Shown piece after piece: positions 45,702 through 55,063 of a stretch of DNA of 64,000 nt (position 1 is the stretch's first letter; each line of letters starts with the position of its first letter). The stretch spans positions 32,001 through 96,000 of the IMG/VR virus record IMGVR_UViG_3300020112_000918. One strand, written 5' to 3'. Below the pieces are notes generated by a model. It searched no databases. It saw nothing but the letters and a program-made list of their open reading frames with translations, and had not been told where the DNA came from. The position numbers were made by a program, and so were the translations under genes. Origin of the DNA: a virus. Its lineage: Duplodnaviria > Caudoviricetes.

Positions 45702-46212
45702 GCTTTTCTCCTTCGCACGCTTTCTGGATAGCTTCAGCTACGCTGTCGTCTACTTCCTTGAGCGAAGTAATTGGAGCACACATAAACTTACGCCAAATAA
45801 GTTCTGATGAGAAAGAACCTTTCTGGTCAAGAACTTTAAAGATAACTGGCATCTTGTTTCCGTATTCATCTGGAGTAGTGAAAAAGAAAATGTCCCCTGT
45901 CTCGATCTTATCTTCCCACTTGAAGTAGGCTTCAGTAGGAAGAATATCGTAAAAGTAAAGTGCCGAAGTATCTACGTCTGCAGAACCGTTAAGCTCTCTA
46001 AGACGAATCAAAGGCATCTCACCAGGAGGAAAATTCAAGACTGCGTTTGTAAACAGCGAGTCAATTACTGTGTCTTGCGATCCACCCCAAACATCATACT
46101 CCCGATGGATTCTTACGATATCCATCTGTCTACCTTGTGTGAAAACATGGTAGTCGTGAAGTTTGCGAATTGCTTTTGCTTGAGATGAGTTAAGTTTTTC
46201 GTATGCACCCAT
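45694..46212 (-). CDS. head closure/neck protein (gp14-like)
   Basis: DVWGG, GDIFF; structural context; leaderless. Confidence 0.45.
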   Translation of the reverse strand: MGAYEKLNSSQAKAIRKLHDYHVFTQGRQMDIVRIHREYDVWGGSQDTVIDSLFTNAVLNFPPGEMPLIRLRELNGSADVDTSALYFYDILPTEAYFKWEDKIETGDIFFFTTPDEYGNKMPVIFKVLDQKGSFSSELIWRKFMCAPITSLKEVDDSVAEAIQKACEGEKHE

Positions 46213-46236
46213 GTTATAAATAGGTGCTTACGATGT

Positions 46237-46479
46237 CTACAGAACTCCTGCTTTGCGCATAGCCTGTGCTGTTGCTTTAGGGTCTGCCATACCTTTGAAG
46301 TTCGTCTTTTCTCTTTCAAGATCTCTTAAAAGGGCTTTAATGTAGTGGGCTGGTTGAGAGCAAATCTCATTCCAAGTCCACCCAAAGTTTTTAGCCAAAA
46401 GATATCTTAGATTGTTTAGCCCTGATGGATTCCACCGATACAGTAGGGAAGAAATTGTAGGTCCGAAAGGGAAAGCTCC
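46237..46479 (-). CDS. start-less +1-frame ORF (tail/baseplate chaperone frameshift extension)
   Basis: ...LRYLLAKNFGWTWNEICSQP...LLRDLERE; overlaps end of 46391-47425. Confidence 0.55.
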   Translation of the reverse strand, partial: GAFPFGPTISSLLYRWNPSGLNNLRYLLAKNFGWTWNEICSQPAHYIKALLRDLEREKTNFKGMADPKATAQAMRKAGVL

Positions 46480-47425
46480 TTACGACATTCTTGCCGAGCA
46501 CCTCCGAATAGAACTCTACTTCATCCTGAACTCCAAAGTTTCCTTCGTTTTTAAGGAAATCATTGTAGATCATCCAGTGCTTAACCGAAATATCAGCCCC
46601 GTCCTGAATAGCTGCAACTCTTTCTTCAAAAGTGTTTAATGGAACTCCGTTTACTTCACAGATAAGCTGTGCTCTTGTGTAGATAAGATCTTTGTCTGCC
46701 TTACGGGCAAGGTAGTCTTTGTAGAGCTCTGCTTCTTCCAGAGAAATTTCCTTACGAAGTTCTGGGTCTTTCTGCTGTTCGTTCCATTTAACAATCTGAG
46801 CTGTCTTAAAGAAACGCTGCTCTTCATCAGCAAACTCTTTTTTCAGAAGGTCTGCTACAATCGACGAGTTGCGAATTCTTGGATAAATGAACTTAACAGT
46901 AACCCCGTCTGCCTCAATATTGATAGGCTCTTTAATTTCTGGAGCCAAAGGCTTAATTCGCTTACCAATGTTAGCGATTGGAATTTCAGCAATAGAGATG
47001 TTCTCTTTTGCAAAGAGCTTTTCACGGTCAGTAATAGTATCATCCAAAAGGTAACGATACCCTGAGAGATTAGCTCCCCACCATTTTACGTGAACATTGA
47101 GAAGAACTTCTTTGGCTTCTTCTAGATGCAGAAGTCCGCAATCGAAATCTTCTACGACCATAGAGTTCAGAATGTCGATAATCAAAGGCAGGTGCTCAGT
47201 TGCATTTGGCACTTCAGCAATAGCCTGTGATGCTTTCATAGTGTAGTCACGGAAGTGAAGCACAGGGGGAGCTGAAAGTCTACCCCCTGTGCAAAAACGA
47301 ACTTCACAGACAGTGTCGTCTTCTACACGGTTAGGAGAAAGGTCTGTGACCTCTTGTGGAATCTTTGCGGTCAGTTCCGGCTTTTCAGGACCGAAAAATG
47401 AGTCTGCAGTAATTTCTTCTGTCAT
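46391..47425 (-). CDS. baseplate hub assembly/tail assembly chaperone (gp26-like)
   Basis: VKFIYPR, FGV, C-terminal FPF..FFP. Confidence 0.6.
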   Translation of the reverse strand: MTEEITADSFFGPEKPELTAKIPQEVTDLSPNRVEDDTVCEVRFCTGGRLSAPPVLHFRDYTMKASQAIAEVPNATEHLPLIIDILNSMVVEDFDCGLLHLEEAKEVLLNVHVKWWGANLSGYRYLLDDTITDREKLFAKENISIAEIPIANIGKRIKPLAPEIKEPINIEADGVTVKFIYPRIRNSSIVADLLKKEFADEEQRFFKTAQIVKWNEQQKDPELRKEISLEEAELYKDYLARKADKDLIYTRAQLICEVNGVPLNTFEERVAAIQDGADISVKHWMIYNDFLKNEGNFGVQDEVEFYSEVLGKNVVRSFPFRTYNFFPTVSVESIRAKQSKISFG

Positions 47426-47453
47426 AAATTTTATCCTCCAAATTTATATTGAA

Positions 47454-48539
47454 TTATTCAATTTCTGGTTTCTTGTAATCTACTAAAGGCAGATTAAGCG
47501 TAAAGGAAACAGCCCCTCCAGATTCATAAGAGTAGTTGTCCGCAGAATAGGACTGAAGAGCTACTCGATAAATCGAAGTTGAAGTTGTCTTTTCTGTCGA
47601 CGATGCCTTTGGCAGTTTACTCAGTATCTGGTCAACTTGTTTAGCACAGTCTTTCAAAGCCTTAGCCCCGTTTGCGGAGTCAAAAACAGAACGAGTTGTT
47701 TTCTTAGCTGTATTCTGTCCAGGCTTAGTAATCTTTGTTTTAGCTCCAGGACCTCCCCTAGATATTAGATTTGGCTTAGGAGTAAAGTTAAGAGCTTCCC
47801 CTACGATTGACTTAAGATTTAAGTTCAGACTTGTAGGAACTTCCATTAAAGGAGGAGGAATTACTATAGGAACAGAAATAGCTCTTCCTAGAGGAACTCT
47901 CGAAGTAAGCTGATTAGTTACCATTTCTCCCATCTTAAGGAGTTTATCTACTATAGGAATCTGCTGCTTGTTTGTAAGAATGATGTTTTCTTTCTTTTTA
48001 ACATTTTCCTGCAAAACGTTGTTTGCAAATTCCTTGGAGATTTCAGCAATAAAATCTTCCTGCTTTAAAGATAATTTAGTCCCCTTTAAAGAATCGATAG
48101 TTGTCTTTAAAGAGTATGCTACTGCATTTGAGATATCAATGGCTGCGTGTTCAAGATGACCTTGAATAGAAGTTTCGTAAGTAAGAGTTCGGAACATTAT
48201 CTGACGGTAAAGATATGACTCTTTTTCTACGGCTCGGAAGTTTCCTTTTTCTATATCAAAAATACCCTTTTCTCCAAAAGCCCAGTCCAATAAGTATTTT
48301 TCAAGATCTCTCTGGCGAGTTTCATACATAGACAAAGTAAGAGCGTCAGGTAAAGCCCATCCTTCGTATCCTCTACGAGTTCCAGAAGACTGGTCGTTTA
48401 CAACAAATGAGAAAGTAGGATAATTAATAGACTGAACAAGTCCTTTTGTCCAGCTAAGTGGCTGATCGTCTGCATCATAGAGAACCACGTCGAAAAAAGG
48501 CTTTAGAGCATGGTCATCTTTCTCAATTTCTTCTATCAT
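47454..48539 (-). CDS. tube-fold/baseplate-related hypothetical protein
   Basis: VQSINYP, LTLSMYET, C-terminal YSY..GAVSFTLNL with large insertion. Confidence 0.45.
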   Translation of the reverse strand: MIEEIEKDDHALKPFFDVVLYDADDQPLSWTKGLVQSINYPTFSFVVNDQSSGTRRGYEGWALPDALTLSMYETRQRDLEKYLLDWAFGEKGIFDIEKGNFRAVEKESYLYRQIMFRTLTYETSIQGHLEHAAIDISNAVAYSLKTTIDSLKGTKLSLKQEDFIAEISKEFANNVLQENVKKKENIILTNKQQIPIVDKLLKMGEMVTNQLTSRVPLGRAISVPIVIPPPLMEVPTSLNLNLKSIVGEALNFTPKPNLISRGGPGAKTKITKPGQNTAKKTTRSVFDSANGAKALKDCAKQVDQILSKLPKASSTEKTTSTSIYRVALQSYSADNYSYESGGAVSFTLNLPLVDYKKPEIE

Positions 48540-48612
48540 AAATTAAATAGGGAATAAAAACGCCCTCTCACTTGCGCAAGAGGGCTGGAGGATAAAAGCC
48601 TAAGAAATGCTA

Positions 48613-50157
48613 TTAAATGAATCCCTTTGGCAATTTAAGATCTGAGTTAACCTGAGTTCCACGTCCTTCTTTGAGAGAAACGCTTAAGTCCTGGTTAGAG
48701 AACTTCTGTTCTTCAAATACTTTGTGGCTCTTATTTTTAAGGAAGTAAGACTGAGCTTCGAAGAGTGTCTTCTTTCTGAGAATTGCTTCACGCATATCCT
48801 GAACATTTTCACCACGAGCTACAAGGTCTTCGTAGTAAGAAAGAACTTCTGGATTTGCTCCATCTACGAGTTCACGTTCACGTGCTTCCTGAATCTTACG
48901 TTCGTTACTACGACGAGCTTCAAGAACTTTTTCCTGATGCTGTTTAGCAGCAGCTTCTTCTTTCATCTGTTTGTCTACAAGAGCTGCAAGACGTTTTTCA
49001 CTCAGAGCAAGAGACTTCTGAAGATTTGAGTTTTCCATCTGGAGTTTACCGATTTCAGAACGCTTTTCACCGAGAAGTGTTACAGCTCTCTCTGCGAATT
49101 CACGAAGTTTAGCGTAGTTTTCATAAGCTACTTTTTTAGAAGCATCTTCTGTGAAGCTCTTGATAAGTTCACGATACTCTTTTATAGAAGCATCTTTCTT
49201 ATCAGTTTCTTCGTTCTTTGCAGCCAACTGAGATTCAAGACTAGAGATAATTCTGTCTTTTTCTGCGCATTCTGCCTGAGCAGTTCCTGCATCGAATTCA
49301 GCATTTTCTGCTCTGCGAATAGCGTCTTCTGCTTCAACTGCTTTTTCAATTGCAGCATCGCATTCTGCTTCAGCTGCAGTTACCAAGTCTTCAAACTCTG
49401 TTTTGAGAGTGTCACAGTCCATTCCTTCATAAAAAGAAAGTGCTTCTTTTGCTCTAGCTAATCTTTCTTTTGGATTAGCAATAGCAGAAGTTTCAGCAAA
49501 TATCTTTTTCATAGAAATTTCGTATTCTCTCTTTTCTCTAAGAGTCATTTCTTTCATAAAAGTCTCCTTATTTTCGGTTTTATGATTAGCTATTGCTGTA
49601 TTTGTTTTTTCTACTGATTCACCGATTTTGTCGCTCTGATGACCGTAAACTTCATAAGAAGGTTGAAGAACCCAGTCGAAATATCTTTCCAACTGGAAAG
49701 TTTCTGGGTCAACTGTAATACCATCAGACATAAAGTCACCGTAACCACTAGAAGAAAGACCGAGGTCTCCTCCTGCTTCAAGAACTCCTAAAGCACTTCT
49801 ACCGTTTTCGTTATCGATGATGTAAGCATCTGCTGTGATAACTTCACGGTCTTCTGAGTACTGAGGATTTCTTACAACAGCCCATACATCTTTAGGATTT
49901 CCGGCTCCCTCAGAAGGATGATCCATAAGAGCCAAGGTTACGAGTCCAGCTGCGATTACTCTGTCCCACAAAGCGTAAGGATAGATTCTTCCATTCAGGT
50001 TTTTCTTTCCTGGACGTGTAAACTCAAAACGGTAAACGGCAAGAGCCTTATAAGGAGTGCCGTCTACTAAAAGATTCTGTTCAGACTCAGTTAAAGGTCT
50101 GTCAACCTTGTGATAAGCACTAGCCCGAACAATAATATTTTCTGTAAGTCTCTGCAT
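48613..50157 (-). CDS. prohead protease (gp21-like) fused to coiled-coil scaffold
   Basis: NLNGRIYP, MDHP, GLSSSGYG, FDWVLQPS; C-terminal half is coiled coil. Confidence 0.9.
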   Translation of the reverse strand: MQRLTENIIVRASAYHKVDRPLTESEQNLLVDGTPYKALAVYRFEFTRPGKKNLNGRIYPYALWDRVIAAGLVTLALMDHPSEGAGNPKDVWAVVRNPQYSEDREVITADAYIIDNENGRSALGVLEAGGDLGLSSSGYGDFMSDGITVDPETFQLERYFDWVLQPSYEVYGHQSDKIGESVEKTNTAIANHKTENKETFMKEMTLREKREYEISMKKIFAETSAIANPKERLARAKEALSFYEGMDCDTLKTEFEDLVTAAEAECDAAIEKAVEAEDAIRRAENAEFDAGTAQAECAEKDRIISSLESQLAAKNEETDKKDASIKEYRELIKSFTEDASKKVAYENYAKLREFAERAVTLLGEKRSEIGKLQMENSNLQKSLALSEKRLAALVDKQMKEEAAAKQHQEKVLEARRSNERKIQEARERELVDGANPEVLSYYEDLVARGENVQDMREAILRKKTLFEAQSYFLKNKSHKVFEEQKFSNQDLSVSLKEGRGTQVNSDLKLPKGFI

Positions 50158-50211
50158 AGTATAGTTCCTTTTCTAAGTTATATTACAAATAGGTTTTCCT
50201 GGAAGGAATTT

Positions 50212-52131
50212 CTATTTCTTCTCCGAGTCCGATCTATAGATACTCTCCTGTAAAAACTTACGTTCTTCGTCTTTATCAGAAAGAGCTTCAAACAGCTTAC
50301 GGCTATTAATTGTTTCTGGATTCTGCTTAAGAGAAGATCGGAAATGATCTCCTCGTCCCTGTCCTTCTGTAATACGATCTTTAGCTTTGATACGAAGTGA
50401 GCTTTCAATAAGAACGTCAGAGGTAGTAGACTCCTGCCATCGGTTAGCAGCTCTTTGATAACTTTCCTGCTTAGTAAGTTTTCTTCTGGAACGTCTTTCA
50501 CCGAAAGCAGAACCTATCTTGTTCAAATCTCCGAGAGGATCTACGTCTTTATTTCCTCCGTTATTTCCCCCGAATCCAAATCCGTTATCTTCATCTTCTT
50601 CAGGTTGATTTTCGTTTGCTTTCATAAGTTTATTTACATAGTAATCGACTTTATCCTGAGGAAGAGAAGTCATAAGACCGAAAGCGTCTTTTACAATCTC
50701 TGGAGGAACGATGTCAACACCAAGAACATCCTTGATAGATTCAATAGTATCCTTTGCAAGAGTAAGCTCTTCGGCTTTGTGTTGTGTTCTTTCAGAAGTT
50801 TCTTCAATTACAGGGAAGTCCATAAGAAGTTCAAAAGGAGTATCCCATCCATCAAACTTACCTGTGATAGCAAAGTGAAGTTTAACCTTTTCTATAAGTC
50901 CTGCAAGGTAGTCAGACTGATGAGAGAAGACCTTACGACCGAAAGGCTTGAACTGCTGTAAAAGAGACTGTCCTGAGGTTCCCCAACCTCCCTGATCTAC
51001 GATAAGATAGCCCTTAGGAATGAAAAGCCCGATAATCAGATTGTCTCTTAAGTATTCTACGTCCGCAATCTTGTCTAAGTCAAGATTGTTGTCAAGCTGC
51101 TGGTATTCAACAAGGTCTTTTGGAACGATAAGACGACTTCCGATGGAAGGAACTTCTTTGGAACCGTCATAAAGTCCAGCGTTGTCTAACTGTTCAGCAA
51201 ACTCTTCAAGAGCTTCCCACTTCTCTGTAGAAGTGCTTCCTGGTTCTGTTTCTACAGAATAGAAGTCACGAGGGAAAGAAGAAGCTCGAGCTACTTCCAT
51301 AAGTCCTTCCGCTGACATTAACTGACGGAATCCAGGGAGAACGTTAATAAACTGTGAACGTCCCCAAGGAGAAAACTCACGTAGCATAGAAAAAGTGCGG
51401 TAATGAGTAACTGCCCAAGGCGATACCATCTGCCCACCCTTTAGTTCAAAGCCGAGCAGATACTTCTTAAAGTAGTTAGAAGGATTTGTTCCAGACTTTT
51501 CTAAGTCGTTCATAAGAGTCTGGAGCTTTGCTGCAGGACTTACTCCGTCGTTGTTTGCATAGAACTTAAGATGCTCTAAAAGTTTAGAAGGGTCAAACTC
51601 TAATCTGTCACTTACATCCCAAACAGACAAAGGAGTTACGGCTCGAATACCTTCTTTTTCATCTATATCGTTTGCATCAAAACTGTCCCCAAAGGCGACC
51701 TTGTTATAGATGCATTCACGTACTGTCTGCTGATTGATACCCCACTGCTCAAAACAGTCTTCAATAGCAGCTGCTACATCTGATTTAGCATTTACACGAA
51801 CTGGGTCTCCAGAAACGTCGCACTGAGTTGCTTCGTCTGCATAAAGATCAGCTGCTGCTTGAATAAGGGAGTTGTTTTTAATCGCAAAATCGATATCTGT
51901 ATAACGATTCATACGGTTTTTTAAGGTTTCATAAGTATCATACTGCTCTGTTAAAAAGAAATTCCAAAGCATCGACAAAGGAGTATTCTCAGGGAGCTTA
52001 AGCCCTCGAGGTCCCTTACGTTTGCTTCCTGTAAGCAGAGGATTGTCTGGAACTATACGCCCGTCAACACTTCTTGTGTTGAACAAACCGAGCATTTTAT
52101 TAATAAAGTTAGGTGTTGATGTATTTGCCAT
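50212..52131 (-). CDS. portal protein (gp20-like)
   Basis: AADLYADEAT, FGDSF, PWGRS, IADVEYLRD, IPKGYL. Confidence 0.9.
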   Translation of the reverse strand: MANTSTPNFINKMLGLFNTRSVDGRIVPDNPLLTGSKRKGPRGLKLPENTPLSMLWNFFLTEQYDTYETLKNRMNRYTDIDFAIKNNSLIQAAADLYADEATQCDVSGDPVRVNAKSDVAAAIEDCFEQWGINQQTVRECIYNKVAFGDSFDANDIDEKEGIRAVTPLSVWDVSDRLEFDPSKLLEHLKFYANNDGVSPAAKLQTLMNDLEKSGTNPSNYFKKYLLGFELKGGQMVSPWAVTHYRTFSMLREFSPWGRSQFINVLPGFRQLMSAEGLMEVARASSFPRDFYSVETEPGSTSTEKWEALEEFAEQLDNAGLYDGSKEVPSIGSRLIVPKDLVEYQQLDNNLDLDKIADVEYLRDNLIIGLFIPKGYLIVDQGGWGTSGQSLLQQFKPFGRKVFSHQSDYLAGLIEKVKLHFAITGKFDGWDTPFELLMDFPVIEETSERTQHKAEELTLAKDTIESIKDVLGVDIVPPEIVKDAFGLMTSLPQDKVDYYVNKLMKANENQPEEDEDNGFGFGGNNGGNKDVDPLGDLNKIGSAFGERRSRRKLTKQESYQRAANRWQESTTSDVLIESSLRIKAKDRITEGQGRGDHFRSSLKQNPETINSRKLFEALSDKDEERKFLQESIYRSDSEKK

Positions 52132-52184
52132 AAACAAATAGGCTCGACCCTTTCGAGCCGAGCCTGTAAAGTTGAAAACTTATT

Positions 52185-55028
52185 TTAGATAAGAGCCTTT
52201 ACTAAATGGAGCAAAGGTTTTACAACTGCCTGAGGAACAGGAAGTTTTGACTGCAAAGCAGGATCTTCAACTGAGTTAATAAGCCAACGAATGTAGTTTT
52301 TGTTACATACGAAAACTTTTGTCATAATTCCAGCTGGAGTGTCTACTTTCATCTCACCGTTAAGTCCAACAGATTTAACTTCTCCGTTAGAGAACTTTTT
52401 GATTGCTGGCTCCATAGCCTTAACAACAGGTCCTGGGAGACCAACGAATTCTTTGTTTCCACGAACAAGCATCTTTTTAATTTCAGGAGTTACAATACCC
52501 CAGATAGATGAGTTGCCGTGCTTAGAGCAAAGTTCCATAAAGCCTTTCATAACGGAACGGAAAGGTCCGAAAGAAGCAACAAGTTTATACATGTCGTTAG
52601 ACATCTGTTTTCTTACTGCGATTCCACCTACAGGAGCATTTGGGTTATTGTCGTTAGGAGCATCACCCATAAAAGTCCAGTTATCTGCACGCCAGTCAAA
52701 AGCCGAGCGAGAGAAAGCTGCACCAGTTGCTTTTTCATAAGTATCTTTGAACTCATCAAAAAGTCTGTCCTGTTCTTCTGGAGAAAGATTTCCGTAGTAG
52801 AATTCCTGTTCTTCCAAGCTCATTTTTGAGTTAGGTCCATAAAGGAATTCGTTGAAAACTGTATTGAAGTCTAAGTCTACAGAAGCCTGCTGCTTGCCTA
52901 AGTTGTAAACGGCGAGGTCATCATCAGAGTCATCGTCGTCGCCAATAATAGCAGTAAGCTGCTGAGCAGTAAAGGCTGTATTTTTATACTTCTTAGCCAG
53001 AGTTCCTGCAGTTTTTGCAAGGTTCTTGCCAGACTTTTTAGCAGCTGCCATAAGGTCTCTGTATTCGCCTGACTTAAGAGCGTCGATAAGAGCAGGAATA
53101 TCTTTCCAAACAAGGTAAGCACCCTGATCCATAAGAGTTGCTTTTCCGTTAAGAAGAATAGTTGTCTGAGCGATAACCTTAGAAGTTCCGATAGTTGCTC
53201 CTGGAATAAATTCAGCTACCCCGTTAGACCACTTACATTTTGCAGCGTCCCAAGTTCCACCGAACCATTTACCCATGAACTGTCCTTCTGTGTAGATTCC
53301 TGCACGGAATTCTCCTTCGAACAAGTTGTTTCCTTTTACGACACCTCCGTTGATACAAACTTTATTTGTGTAGTAATCGAAACAAACAGTTCCTACTGTC
53401 AAGCTACCTTCTTCAAGAACACATCCGTTATTGTCAGAGAAAGCGATTGTTGGAATATTTCCAAACTTAATCTTTTTCCAGAGCCAGTCGTAGTGTTCAC
53501 GAATGTATTTAAACTTGTCTGCTACAGAACCAGAAGGTCCGTAAGAGTTAGAAACAACAATCTTTGCTCTGTAAGGAAGAGAGTCTTCCAAGTTTTCTGC
53601 CAAAGGTTTTGTTGGATCTACGAAGTTTTTAGTTCCACCTGGAGTTGCCTGAAGTGCGAGTTTACGCTGAACCCATGCTTCTGGTTCACAGTCGAGTGGG
53701 TAAACTTTTCCTTCATATTCAATAAAGTGGTTTGGAGAAGAAACGAACTGAGCATTTTTACCCCATACAGCTTTTGGTGAGTATTTCCAGAGACCTCCGT
53801 TAAAGATTCCTTCAAACTGTCCTTCCTGGAAAACGCCACCGTAAAGGTTTCCGGCAAAGTATCCCCCCAAGAAAGTTCCTCTGTGCCACTCAGGCATGTA
53901 GCTCTGATTGTCCAAAGGCTTACCGATAATCTTTTCGGCTTCACCGATACAAACTCTGTCACCTCCGAAGTAGCCAGAGAAGTTGCCCTGAAGCCACTGA
54001 CCTCTGAAAATTACAGAAGGCTTTGAAGGACTCATAGGAACTGCGCATTCCAGAGCTGTAAAGCCGTTTAATGAGTTTTTGAGCCAAGGAGCAATCTGAG
54101 GAAGAGAATCTGTAATCTTGTCTACGTTGTTAAGGTTCATTCCTTCAACGTAAAGAGTATCTACGGCACCTCTTTTTGAGATACATTTCTTTTCAGCTGC
54201 CATGTCTACGATAACGGTAGCGATATCTGCTGCAGATTTAACTCCGTCACAAGGATGCATTGGAACGATCCACTTAGATGGGTTTCCTGGATCTCCTGGA
54301 TCAGAAATACCCCACATAAGAGGTTTTACTTTTGGAAGTTTGTACATAACGATAACGTTACCGTCATGGTTTCCAGAGAATACAATTCCGTTTACTCCTC
54401 TGAACTTGTCGAAGTTTTTGTATTTGTTAGCAGTCCAAGCAGCGTGGATATAAGCGTCCACCATATCTTTGTCGATGCTCTTAAGACCTTTTGCAAGCTG
54501 TGGGATGTTTCCACCTTTCATAATTCCCTGAACGAAAATCTGATAAGCACGGTCTGCGGAGATTGTTCTGTTTCCTCCACCGAAAGAGCTTTCCAAGTCT
54601 ACAGAAAGAACCTGGAAGATTTCTGGGACTTTGTTAGCCTGGAAAATTCCGTAGCGAACCAGCTGATCTTCAAGAGAATAAGCTGGCATTCCAGATTTTC
54701 CTAAGCCTGTGCCGAAAAGCAAAGCAGAAATATTGTAGTCAAAGATCAGAACTCCCTGAACCGGAACGAGAAACTTGATAAGACCTAAACCGTAAGAACT
54801 GATGTTTGCTGGATTGAAAGAACTCTTACGGTCAGTTGTACCGTACATTCCTACTCCATACATATCTCCAGATCCTGGTTTGAATCCTGTTTTCAAGATA
54901 CTGTCAATAGTTTTTTCACAGGATGCAGGATTTCGTCCTCCTGTGCGATGATAAAAGGTGAAGCCCTGTTTTGAAACACCATCGGCTCCAATAACACGCT
55001 CACCTAAATATTTAGATTCACGACGCAT
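52185..55028 (-). CDS. large protein with N-terminal PARP-like ADP-ribosyltransferase domain and Gly/aromatic pentapeptide-like repeats
   Basis: FYHRT...GFKPGSGDMYGVGMY; GxF/WxG repeats. Confidence 0.55.
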   Translation of the reverse strand: MRRESKYLGERVIGADGVSKQGFTFYHRTGGRNPASCEKTIDSILKTGFKPGSGDMYGVGMYGTTDRKSSFNPANISSYGLGLIKFLVPVQGVLIFDYNISALLFGTGLGKSGMPAYSLEDQLVRYGIFQANKVPEIFQVLSVDLESSFGGGNRTISADRAYQIFVQGIMKGGNIPQLAKGLKSIDKDMVDAYIHAAWTANKYKNFDKFRGVNGIVFSGNHDGNVIVMYKLPKVKPLMWGISDPGDPGNPSKWIVPMHPCDGVKSAADIATVIVDMAAEKKCISKRGAVDTLYVEGMNLNNVDKITDSLPQIAPWLKNSLNGFTALECAVPMSPSKPSVIFRGQWLQGNFSGYFGGDRVCIGEAEKIIGKPLDNQSYMPEWHRGTFLGGYFAGNLYGGVFQEGQFEGIFNGGLWKYSPKAVWGKNAQFVSSPNHFIEYEGKVYPLDCEPEAWVQRKLALQATPGGTKNFVDPTKPLAENLEDSLPYRAKIVVSNSYGPSGSVADKFKYIREHYDWLWKKIKFGNIPTIAFSDNNGCVLEEGSLTVGTVCFDYYTNKVCINGGVVKGNNLFEGEFRAGIYTEGQFMGKWFGGTWDAAKCKWSNGVAEFIPGATIGTSKVIAQTTILLNGKATLMDQGAYLVWKDIPALIDALKSGEYRDLMAAAKKSGKNLAKTAGTLAKKYKNTAFTAQQLTAIIGDDDDSDDDLAVYNLGKQQASVDLDFNTVFNEFLYGPNSKMSLEEQEFYYGNLSPEEQDRLFDEFKDTYEKATGAAFSRSAFDWRADNWTFMGDAPNDNNPNAPVGGIAVRKQMSNDMYKLVASFGPFRSVMKGFMELCSKHGNSSIWGIVTPEIKKMLVRGNKEFVGLPGPVVKAMEPAIKKFSNGEVKSVGLNGEMKVDTPAGIMTKVFVCNKNYIRWLINSVEDPALQSKLPVPQAVVKPLLHLVKALI

Positions 55029-55063
55029 AAATTTCTCCTAAAGGGAGCCGAAGCTCCCGTTAA

